Assembly (NCBI RefSeq): GCF_018977255.1
Contig: NW_024704743.1
Location: forward strand, 19,408,001 to 19,472,000
Length of the DNA stretch: 64,000 bases
Direction: 5' to 3'
From: Callorhinchus milii
Taxonomy: Eukaryota
Shown: in pieces, positions 36,805 to 47,825 of the stretch
How the letters are laid out: the number at the start of each line of letters is the position of its first letter
Numbering within the stretch: position 1 is the stretch's first letter
Notes under the pieces: generated by a model
The model's input: the letters and a program-made list of their open reading frames with translations, nothing else
The model's database searches: none
What the model was told of the DNA's origin: nothing
Position numbers and translations under genes: made by a program

Positions 36805-38915
36805 AATCTTACCGCTTCATCCTCACCTCTGCTAAATCGCCATTCTACTCCAAGACAATCTTGGAGACCAAGGACAACCCCAGGCACCTTTTCTCCATCA
36901 CCAACCAGCTCCTTCGCCCACTCTCTCTTGCATCGCCCATCTTCACCTCCAATGCCACTGCAAGGTGATGCTGGACTTCCTCGAATCCAAAGTCAAGGTG
37001 ATCCGCTCAGCTGCCTCTGCCCTTCCATCTACTACCCTCTCCCCAGCTCCCCCTCACACCCTGGCCCCTACCCATGCTTCCCTCCACACCATCAAACCTG
37101 TCTCCCACTCCTCTCTCACCACCACTATAACCCACATGAAACCGAGCACCTGCTCCCTCAATCCTAGCTCTACCTGTTTCCTTACCTCCCAGCTTCACCT
37201 CCTTGCCCCTCTACTCACAGATATCATAAACCTCTCCCTGTACACTGGTCGCATTCCCACCCCTTTAAAAATGGCCGCCATTACTCCTGTCCTTAAAAAC
37301 CCTCACTGTACCTATTGGTGCTCTCAAACTACCACCCCATCTCCAACCTCCCTTTCTCTCCAAGGTCCTGGAACGAGTCATTGCTTCACAGCTTTGCTCC
37401 TTCCTCTCCTGTTACTCCAGATGTCAGACATCAAGTCCTGTATGAGAGGTAACTTTCTTCAATTGAACGGCAACAAGACCGAGGCTCTCCTGATTGACTC
37501 CCGTCAGCGCCTCCACACCTCAGGTGCTGACAGCATCACCATCCAATGATGCACACTCCACCTTGCGAAGCCAGTCTGGAACCTTGGCATCTTATTTGAC
37601 CCTCAACTATCCTTTCTACTCCACATCCATGCCATGACCCGCTCTGCCTTTTCCCCCACCTCGGCAACATTGCCTGGCTCCGCCACTGTCTCACACCACA
37701 GGCCGCTGAAACCCTCGTACACACATTCATTACATTGAGGCTTGACTATGCAAACTCCTTGCTTGTCGGCCTCCCAACTCCTCCCTCCACAGATCATCCA
37801 GAACTCTGCAGCCTATGTTCTCTCCTGCACCAGGCTCCGTGACCCTATCTCCCCCATCTTTGCCTGACTCTACCGACTTCCCATCACAGACGTTACAGTT
37901 CAAGATCCTGGTCCTCACCTTCAAATCCCTCCACAGCCTTGTTCTCCACTACCTTTGCAACCTCCTAACCCCCTACCAACCTGCCCCCTTCCTCCGCTCA
38001 GCGTGCTCCAGCCTGCTTCACGTCCCCCAACTCGCCTGCTCCACCAATGGTGGGCGGCCTTCTGCCACTCTGCCCCCACCCTCTGGAACACCAGCCCACA
38101 GTACTCCCACATCAGCCCTTCGCTTGCCTCATTCAAGATCAAGACCTCCTCTTCGACTGAGCCTTCGATCACCCTGTTAACCCCCTCCCCTCCACCTTTC
38201 CCAATCCCAACCCCCAGCTCAGGTCCAAAACACTGACTATCCAGCACCTTGGGACATCCTCCCGATGTGAAAGACGCTATACAAATGTAATTTTGTTGTT
38301 GTTGTTGTCCCTTCAGGCTGCTGAAACTCTTGTTCATACCTTCATCACCACCAGGCTCGACTATGAAAACGCCCTGCTTGTCGGCCTTCCCAACTCCTCC
38401 CTCCACAGGCTGCAGATAATCCAGAACTCTGCAGCCCGTGTCCTCTCCCGCACCATCTCCCCCACTCTCACCCAACTCCATTGGCTCCCTATCATTCAGA
38501 GGATCCAGTTCAAGATCCTGGTCCTCACCTACAAAGCCCTCCATGGCCTCGCCCCACCCTACCGCTGCGACTTCCTAACCCCTACCAACCCGCCCGTTCC
38601 CTCCGCTCAGCCGGCTCTGGCCTGCTCCATGGCCCCCGACCCACCCGCCCCACCATTGGCGGGAGAGCCTTCAGCCACTCTGCCCCCAACCTCTGGAATT
38701 CCATCCCCCAATCACTCTACCGCGCCCCCTCCATAGCCTCCTTCAAGTCCCGCCTCAAGACCCTTCTCTTTGACCATGCCATCAGCCACCCCCTGTCCCC
38801 TCCCCTCCCTTCTCCACCCCTGACCCCAGCTCGGGTCTGAAATGCTCTACTCTGTCCAGCGCCTTGGGACTTCCTCCTGATGTGAAAGGCGCGATGCAAA
38901 TGTAATCTTGTTGTG
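36805..38915 (+). mobile_element. Two head-to-tail L2 copies (about 36805-38308, internally deleted; about 38309-38915, younger-looking 3' fragment)
   Basis: ORF2 peptides MKPSTCSLNP, LLTDIINLSL, TTRLDYENALLVGLP, IIQNSAARVL, LHWLPI; each ends in the stem-loop and (TTG)n tail. Confidence 0.88.
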
Positions 38916-38930
38916 TTGAAAGCAGATAAA

Positions 38931-39535
38931 GAGAGTACTGATTATCCGCATGTCAACTATCTTCATGACCATTTATCCACATTACACTCCAATGGGAAAG
39001 CAGACACAGGGCTGTTAGATACCAGAAAAAAAACAGTTAAAGGTGAAATTATGCACATACACATGAGGTTACTAGGGTTTCCATTCATTTGCACAGTGAG
39101 ACTAAACAACAGCAGGACTAAAGCATGTCACTAGTAACCTTTGAATGCACATGTACAATTTCACACAGGTGAATGACATTTTTTTTTGCCAGTAGGACAA
39201 AAGTGTTCATACTTTTGTGCAGCGTAGGTTGAGAGTCACAGGAAAAGATAGAGGTAGTCATAGAGATAGAGATAAATTCATAGAGAGAGACGGAAAAGAT
39301 ATAAAGTAAGAAGGATCGAGGGAGAGGAGAGAGAGAGCAGGGAGAAAAAAGGAGTTAAACAGAGGGAGTCAGAGACAGTGTAGCAGAGAGAGAAGAGTTG
39401 GCACTGTGTGGTACAACAATGACAGTGTAACTCCTGAAGAAACAGTATAGTTAGCACCGTAACCATTTTTTATTTTGGGTGATGTTCACAATGGGACCGG
39501 TCCCAATTAGTGCAGATAATCAGCTCTGTACTGTA
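38931..39535. mobile_element. Possible Tigger-type non-autonomous DNA transposon remnant
   Basis: ctgattatccgca (38938-38950) versus tgcagataatcag...tactg|ta (39511-39535) as imperfect TIRs. Confidence 0.45.
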
Positions 39536-40570
39536 CATGATGATCGCCAGCTTGGGTTCCCTCTTCTCCCGTGTGAAGTAATCCCAGGTGCCAAGCAAAA
39601 TTTCCCATTTGTACGTTAAAGGCCTTTTATTTTAAAAAAATAAATCCCGTTTGAAATCACCGCATTTTATATCCTACAAAATTGTACAAAATGTCCAATT
39701 GTCTGTTCAGTAGGTTCTGCGATAACACTGCATCTATCAATTATCCATGTGCGAAATAAGCCTTTCTAAACTATTTTGCCACTGGCCAGATATGCTGCAA
39801 TGTCCCTTTTGAGTCCTGTAGATTCTTATATTCCTTCTCAGTCCATACCCGTCCTTTTGTCCTCCAAAACAAAGACTGATCCAGGCATATATCTAGCCAG
39901 TTTTCCCGGAGAAGTCATGTGATATTCACGTACAGTTGAAGGAGGTTTTAAAAGAAATCCACATTAAAGGGAACAGTAAAAAAAAATGATGTTGAAGTCA
40001 ATCATAACCCTATGTACCCGATTGCTTTTGGTAAGAAATCCTGAAATTGAAACCTGCTCATTAAATATAATGGCACTGAATCATCCCCAACACACAAAAT
40101 CAACTACAATAAATTGCTGAGACTGCACAGCAGGTTCTCAGGGTCTGAAAGAGGACAGGTTCAATGGGTTTTAGATGCTGATGTGCCTGCTGTGCAGATC
40201 CAACATTTTCTGGGTTTATTTCAAATTTCCAGCATCTGTGGTTTGTCTTTTATTCTCTACCAAAAGAAATCTGCTTATCCCTGTATTTGTCAATATTAGC
40301 AGGACGCCAGTGACTGCCCATGAAAGTCACGGGGCGGCATAGAAAAATATCAATACAGTAATTCCTAGTTTAAAAATTAAATTCTCAAGACAAAACGTTT
40401 CTTTCAGTTAGAGTGCTATTCTGGGATATGTTCAGTTTTGTTCAATAAAAATGTGATTAGTCATGTCCTGCTGTGGTGCTGGTGTCTCTGACAGTTATTG
40501 GAATATAACTGTCGAAGGACACTGACTGCTTGCCAAAGTAACATTAGGCTACTGTGTTGTTTCTTTTCAG

Positions 40571-40636
40571 TTTGCGACAAAAAATGTCTTGACCGGTGAA
40601 TCTATCAGTGTGTATCCATGGGGCAATCAGCATATG
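40571..40636 (+). CDS. MALRD1: Probable MALRD1 cytoplasmic-tail exon (FATKNVLTGESISVYPWGNQHM)
   Basis: Acceptor gttgtttcttttcag|, donor |gtaagc; 66 nt, open, phase 0 to 0, in non-repeat sequence. Called from splice signals and phase rather than recognised homology. Confidence 0.65.
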
Positions 40637-40894
40637 GTAAGCAGAGGAAATATCAACTGCTTCTCTACTGCCCTTCTTAAAAGCGGTCTCGCTAATTCCT
40701 TGCTACTTTGACTCCCAACTTTATCACCAAATTCTCTCCACTGGGATTGACCAATAATAAATGGCAACATTTTATATCACAGAGGCTCAATAATCTCTCC
40801 TAACATCAGTATAAAGGTAGATTTTTATTCAATATAAAGGTACATTTTGTTTCACCCACAAAATATACTATCGATCCACTTTACAATAGATTTC

Positions 40895-41165
40895 CTGCGA
40901 GAGACCTGGGTTCGATTCCCGGCAGGGCGAAACCTTGGGCAAGTTTCTTTACTCCACACGTCTGATAGTAATCCCTCAAGAAAAGAAACAACAATAAAAT
41001 TGGTCACTTCATTCCATGACTGTTAGTGGGACACTGCTGTGCACAATTGGCTGCCACATTTCGCCCAAAAATATAGAGTCAATTCACTTTACAGTATGTT
41101 CTGTAGAGCGTTTTGAGACGTCTAGAAGACGTGAAAAGCGTTATATCAAATGCAAGGATTATTAG
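40895..41165 (+). mobile_element. Family A SINE (short deletion variant)
   Basis: gacctgggttcgattcccggcagggcgaaaccttgggcaagttt...actccacacgtctgatagtaatccc and shared tail. Confidence 0.8.
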
Positions 41166-41649
41166 ATTCTGTGAAGTGCTTTGAGACGTTGCAATGATAT
41201 GATAAGCCACTATATTAAGAGCAATTATTATTATGATTAGATTTAATGGAATTTAAATGCTATCATTGATCCAATTAAAACAAAGCAAGATGAACAAAAT
41301 GAGATCTATATTTTTGCATGGTTGGTATTCCAGGTTTGGTTTGTGCAGTTTGGGAGGATCTGATGGTTTACTTTCCTGTGAAGAAGTTATGAGTGTGCTG
41401 TGCTGTTTTAGAGGGCAGACATTTGTGCATCAGCCGGTCACTCACAGAATCAGACAGCTTAGTCATAATAGTCCTTGCATTTAGTATGGAGTTTATATCA
41501 AAAAAAANTTGTGGTATTTATGGAGGCTCAGAAAATGACAATGTGATTGAGAAATATGTGCACTTTATTGTGCAGTGTTATTGCTGCATTTGTTTTATCG
41601 TAACACACTGTTGAGTCTTCATTTAAAATTTACATATTAAATTTAAATT

Positions 41650-41915
41650 TTATTTGAGGGATTGTTGCCCAGGACACCAGGAGAAACTCCCTTCTCTTTT
41701 CAAATCATGCTGTGGGATCAGGTGAACAGTTAAATAGATCCTCGGCTTAACAACTCACCCAAAGGACGGCACCTCCAAAAATGCAGCACGCACACACTAG
41801 CACTTCATTGTCAAGTGTCAGCCTAGACTATGAGTTCAAGGACCTGACATGGGGCTTGAACCAACAACCTCTGATTTAGAGGCGAGGGTGCTCCCAACTG
41901 TGCCAGGCTGACACC
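41650..41915 (-). mobile_element. Family B SINE, 5' part
   Basis: caggacaccaggagaaactccc ... ggggcttgaacc ... ccaggctgacac (reverse head). Confidence 0.7.
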
Positions 41916-42249
41916 TAGTAGTCCAGCACATCTGGGACTAGTCAGTGTAATAAATATCATAAAGTCGCTAAATTGACGACAAGTGTTACTTCGCATGTAC
42001 GAAACACAATGCAGACCTTTACCACATGCCTCTTAAGAAAATCCCCACATAAAATTGGTCATTTTATTCATGGCATTTTATGGGACATTTCTACATGCAA
42101 ATTTGCTACCGGGGTCCCACTTTACATTGAATAATATTATTTATTTTGATTATTACTATTATTATCTGGTGAGGTCCCCATAAATGCATTGTCAGGAAAG
42201 ATATTGAGGTAATTAATAGTAATCCTTGCATTTGTTAATATTATTAATA

Positions 42250-42505
42250 TTGAGTCCTGTAGCTTAGTGGTTAGAGCAAACGAGAGGACCTGGGTTCGAT
42301 TCCAGGGCAGGGCAAATCGTTGGGCAAGTTTCCTTACTCCACACGCCTCTGTTTACCTAACAGTAAGTAGGAACCCGGTTGTTAGTCGATTGGTGGATCG
42401 CTTTTCTGGGGGTAATAATTCCTTTAAAAATAATGACAATTTGTTCACTCAATCCACGAGTGTTTGTGGGACACTGCTGTGTGCAGTTGGCTGCCGAGTT
42501 TTGCC
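42250..42505 (+). mobile_element. Family A SINE (long variant, tail truncated)
   Basis: gagtcctgtagcttagtggttagagc...gggttcgattcc...gggcaagtttccttactccacac. Confidence 0.8.
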
Positions 42506-42845
42506 ATTTGTCTCAGAATCCTAGCTCCAGTCTAGTCCCATGTATTTCTATATAAATCATTTAATTTACCCAAATTAATGGTGTGTAAGTAAAGCTTGCT
42601 AAGAATTTGACGTGTTGTCATTCTTCATAGTGATTCACTGACCTCTAGATTTGGAGCAGGGCATATGGTGGGGCGGAGTGGGGGAGGAGAAAACTGTGGG
42701 ATATGAGCAATCCTGAAGTTATCACTGATCCCAACAATCTGTCAGCATTTAATTAAACTTCAGTGAACCGTACATCAATCCACCTGTATTTTAAAATGTT
42801 GTTTTAATGTGTAGATTTTCACCATTTCTTATTAATTTTTTTCAG

Positions 42846-42935
42846 GTCCACTCCAGCAAAGCCAATATTCCCCTTTCATTTTGCAACCCTCTTTACGATG
42901 GTACTGCAGACAAGCCAAAAGTGCCGACAGTATAA
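42846..42935 (+). CDS. MALRD1: MALRD1 terminal coding exon (VHSSKANIPLSFCNPLYDGTADKPKVPTV*)
   Basis: Acceptor tttttttcag|, phase 0; FxNPxY endocytic motif (FCNPLY); TAA at 42933-42935; AATAAA hexamers follow. Confidence 0.88.
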   Translation, partial: VHSSKANIPLSFCNPLYDGTADKPKVPTV

Positions 42936-43105
42936 ATTTCCAGAGCTTCTGAAATCCAGTTCAATTGATTATAGTAATGTGTGTGTTTTTTTTCCAAATC
43001 TACGTGTGTATAACTTCCTGTGAAATTATGAATCTCAGACCTATTATAAAGAATTGAAGCTCTTTAACATGTGGAAAAGGCAGTGATGTTTGAATTTTAT
43101 GCAAC

Positions 43106-43411
43106 AATAAAAATAGTTGCCTTGTGACATCCAGGTAAGAGCCGTTTGTTCAGAATAAATATCATTTTGGGGGCACTCATTCTTGGATAAACTACCCACT
43201 GTATATCAGACCTGAAATCGTTAAGTAAAGATGCAATGTTCCATGCACATCTACTTGGTAGGAAGTGTGACTGACTTCATTATGTAGAACTTAAAGGTTT
43301 CTCCAGTTGTTCATAAATTGAACTGATGCCATGTTCAATATGTGCACCAACAACTATGTGCTGTCAACATATGGAATGCATCGTTAAGATAGGAATTTGC
43401 AGCAAAATAAA
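43106..43411 (+). promoter_or_regulatory. Candidate MALRD1 polyadenylation signals (AATAAA at 43106, 43154 and 43406)
   Basis: Three AATAAA hexamers 170-470 nt after the stop codon. Which one is used cannot be determined from sequence. Confidence 0.5.
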
Positions 43412-43984
43412 ACTGTCAAATGACAAAAGCTGAAGAAGTTATACTTGACGTATAGTTAATAGTGTGTCAACACGATGTGAATGTAGCAATAACACTGGAA
43501 AAAGGGTGGATTTCTCATTTTACCATCATGGGTGGAATCACACTGTCACTTTCGGAACCTCCATTAATACCGCAACAGCTTGGCTCCAATATTATATGTC
43601 TGTGGCCTTTTGTGTCAACGCTCCCAGAGCCAAGGGGATACAGACTCCTTCACAGAGGGAAGGAGAGCCTTCAGAGCTATCATTATAAAGCCAGTGTGGA
43701 CTTGATAGACACAAAAACTGGAGTGGCTGAAGAAAAAGAATGCTGAATATGTACAATAGTTCAGATTTAATTACTTTACACGGAGAAGGATGATTATGTG
43801 CAAAAGACTACCCACGGAGATTGTGTCAGCAAACTTGAAATGGAATTGAACAAACTATTTGGCAAAGAAATTGACTCCAATTTTAAAGTGTCTGTCAATG
43901 GCTATTTCTCACCCACCTTGGTCTTCGTCAGTTAGATAATAAGCCCTGCTCACTGTCACCATTCATCTCAGCTGTGTTCATCCT

Positions 43985-44240
43985 TAAATCAAGGTCCTGT
44001 CTGCCTGTTCAGGTGGACGTTAAAGATCCTATTGCACTATTCAAAAAGAGAAGGCGGTTTCTTCAGTGTCTTGGCCAACATTCCCTCAAATAAAATTGAT
44101 CATTCACTTCCAGGCTGTTGGTGGGACATTGCTATGCGCAGATTGGCAACCGTGTTTGTATACCATACTTTATGGTACATTCTGTAAAGTGCTTTCAGTT
44201 GTCCTCCCGACATGAAAGGCACTATATCAAATGTTAGGAT
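43985..44240 (+). mobile_element. Family B SINE, 3' part
   Basis: ctgcctgttcaggtggacgttaaagatcc core plus tail. Confidence 0.72.
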
Positions 44241-46174
44241 TACAGGAAATCCTCGCCTTACTGGGCTCCAGGTGTCCGGAATTCAAGCCTAGCCAGTCCG
44301 GAACAGGGGCCATATATTTCCGCGAGCCAACGTGTAGACTCCCAATGGTCCAACTCTCCTAGCGCATGTCCCCATCTCACTGTCCTTGCTAGGCTTCACA
44401 GTGGCCAGAAATTCCGGCTCGCCGGACCGGTTCCCTCACCACATCCACCCCATTAGTCCAGCTAGCCGGGCTTTAGTCTATTAGCATCCATGTCACCAAC
44501 TCACTTACACTCCCTTCCTTCTCCTTCACCTCTAGGGTTACTTCTGTCTTCAACATTTCCTGTCACAAATCATGCCAACCAATACAGCTCAAGGTTTGAA
44601 TTCATTTTCCTATCCTTCTAGATTCAGGAAAAGATTAACTACTTTATTGATCTCCTGGCTTTTATTAATTTAAAGGGGTCTGTCGTAATGATAAAGTGTT
44701 TGACAAACTGGTCTTTGTCTGTGGAGATTGAAGAGCCAGCAGAGTTCAGAAGTACATTTCTCGTAGGTGGTATTGTGTTCAAGTGACACGCTTACGCGAT
44801 TCAAATTAATTTATGGCATTGCCTTTTGCAGCTATAAACAAGGTAACTACATTAGCCACGAATGGTCTCATCACGTCTGCACCATTTAATATAAAATGGC
44901 CTTTACATTATTTGAGAGTTGCATTCAAGACACTGACCTTTCATGACTTGTATTTTATCACAGAGCTCTGTTACTGTGGACTCAGCTCTGCAAGGTACAA
45001 TCCTTCTATGACTGGGTTTAATCTGCCGTTCAGAGGTAACATCTAAAAGAACAAATTGAAAATAACACAACTTTACACACCAATATTGTGACTCCCACAG
45101 GATGGGAATTGTTGCAAGTGAAGATTGAGCGGAGACATACTCAGGTCTTTAACACAACGAGAGGCATGTGTAATATAGATGCGGGCAAATTATAGAACTC
45201 AAATGCTCATTGCAAATCTGGAGGGGAAAAGTACAAAATGAACAAGCCTGAAGCAAGATTAAAGAGAAAATAATTTTTTCCCATAGAATAGTAGATATAT
45301 GTAACAGAACCATGCAAAAAGTGCTAGAGAACTATAGCTGAGATTAGAATTGAGACTTATACAAATAAATAGATATGGATTGAGGAAATGGCAGTTGTTG
45401 GGGAGAATTGTTAGCCTTTCACCTCAAGGATCCATGACAGGCCTCTCATAATATTATCTGTGGTCGGGCCTTCAGCCTCTCTGTCCCCACCCTTTGGAAC
45501 TCCATCCCACATTCCCTTCGCCTCGCTCACTCCTTGCCTCCTTCAAGGCACATCTCAAGACCCTCCTCTTTGACCACGCCTTCAGTCATCCTTCTACCCT
45601 CCCTGCGCTCCACCCTCCCTGATCCTAATCCCCTGCTCAGGTCCAAATACCTGACTGTCCAGCGCTATGGGACGTCCTCCAGACATGAAAGGCGCTATAC
45701 AAATGTAATTCTGTATTGTATTAATAATGTAAATATAATATATGAGATATTTACAGAATATATATGTGAAATATTACACTCAGCTGGAAATTCCGGCTAG
45801 CTAGAACAGATCTCACCCCTATGGAGTTCAATTATATTTGAATCCATGTCACCAATTAATTTACACTGCCTTCCCTCTCTTTTTCGCTCACAAAATATAC
45901 ATTCAATTCACTTTGCAGTATATTCTGTGAAGCACTTGAGACGTCTCGAAGGCACGATAAGGCACTGTAACAAATGCAGATATTATTATAATATATGATA
46001 TAATACAATTAGATATATCATATATTAAATAATTCTGAATATATAAGAAGAGTACGCTTGGTATTTAAAACTATCATTATCAAAATCTCCATTATTGTAG
46101 CATATGACTACCAGGATGGTAGAAGGCGAACTAAATGGGCCTTGGTCTATATTCGTCTATCAATTCCTATATTC

Positions 46175-47560
46175 CTAAAACAAAGTTATATGTCAAAAAA
46201 AAATTGCTATTAATGCAATTGCAATAACCTACAGCTTTGGTAAAATCGATTAGTTGATCAAAGATCTGAAAAACATCATTAGAAAAATGTGAAAATGTTC
46301 ATGATTCATGGTCTACTTATTGTAAAAGCTGATGTCTAACATATCCATATCCCAAGAACAAGAGGAAGAGGCCTGATTGAAATTGAAACATCTTACAAAT
46401 TAGCTATTAGTTGAATATATCAAAGCAAACCCCAACTGCAGTATCAAAATGATAGAAAAAATGAAAAACAGAAAATTTAATTTTCCATCATTAAAGAAAC
46501 AATCAAGATCAAACAACAACAACAACAACAACAAGATTCCATTTATAAAGCGCCTTTCACGTCAGGAGGACGCTGTATAAATGGAATCTTGTTGTTGTGA
46601 CGTCCATCAAAAATAGATAGTATCTAAAATAGATAGTAGCTCATCTCATCCAACAAAAATGGCACATGGAATGAAAATTGTCCTTAAAAAGATTTTGAAT
46701 GGGAGAAGAAAATCATGCACAGTGAATTTTCAAGAGGAATAAAAGACCAAGGCCTAGATATTAATCAAAGTTACAACTGGTTGACTAACAAGAATCTGAG
46801 AGCACAAAACAGAAGCTCTCATAATACCAGCACAAGACCGAGCTATTACTTACTACCTGTTATTATGAAAAAAGATCTTAAAGAGAAACATTAATGCAAA
46901 ATGCTGATTATGCAATCAAGCACCAGAAACAATAAACCACATATTGTCATCGTATCCAGCCCTAGCACAGTCAGACTACTTGATTTGTCATAACAATGTA
47001 GCTGAATATATTCATTGGATAATTTGTCAACACTTTGACATTGATGTAAAGACCAACTGGTTGGAACCAGCAAAAGTGACATCAAAAAATAACATTACAA
47101 TAATCTGAGGCTCACAAGTACATAGAGATAGAACAATAATCTATAACAATCCAGATATTATCATAAAATGATAAGGTTGTGCATATAGTATTATTGATGT
47201 GACTATCCCAAGTGATTACAATGTAAGAAATAAGGAACTAGAGAAGATCAGAAAATACTTCATATATTCCTAGATCAGGAAACATAAGTTGAATGCAGAC
47301 ATATTTGGCAGTATAAAACAAGCATAATTCCCATAATCATCGGTGCAACTGAGGTTATTAATAAAACTATTCAGAAATAGCTCAACAAAATACCTGGCAA
47401 ACAAAATATGAACCTCCTGCAGAAATTAGCTATTTTAGGAAACTCAAACATACTAAGAAAAGTGACATACATTCATATGTAACTTGTAGTGTTATTGTCT
47501 GGCTGACCCATTGCTGAAAACCATTTAAAAACTACTTTTACGGTGTGATTTAAACTTTAA
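46175..47560 (+). mobile_element. R4/Dong-clade non-LTR retrotransposon fossil (3' part: RT thumb, CCHC knuckle, restriction-like endonuclease)
   Basis: Hand translation across stops and frameshifts: AINAIA..TYSFG, IPRTRGRGL, TEALIIPAQDRAI, KC*LCNQAPETINHILSSYP..CHN (decayed CxxC..H..C and RHN), NPDIII..IIDVTIP..KELEKIRKY (PD..D RLE), IIPIIIGAT, LQKLAILGT. Confidence 0.8.
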
Positions 47561-47574
47561 TAACAAATAATAAT

Positions 47575-47825
47575 AAATAATAAATCATATTTGGTATAGT
47601 GCCTTTCCTGTGAGTAGGATGTTCAAAACACTTCACAGGATACATTCTAAAGTATCTGTGTGTTGTGTGGATGAACACAGCAGCAAATTTGCACACAACA
47701 ATGTTCCACAAATAGGCATGAAGTGAATAACTAATGTTTTCCGCAGGATTGTAGGCCAGGATACTGAGAGAAGCTCAATAGACCTCAGTTCAACGTGTCA
47801 TCTAAAGGACAGCACCTCCTTAATA
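47575..47825 (-). mobile_element. Family B SINE, 3' part
   Basis: Reverse tail (TAA)n-catatttggtatagtgcc...cttcacagga followed by Deu-like body. Confidence 0.65.

Noticed and set aside
37921..38544. 207-aa minus-strand ORF, and the similar 223-aa ORF at 52595-53266
   Set aside because: Antisense frames of C-rich L2 sequence, which are naturally poor in stop codons.
42921..42935. C-terminal VPTV as a class I PDZ-binding motif
   Set aside because: Position -2 is Pro rather than Ser/Thr, so it does not fit the class I consensus.
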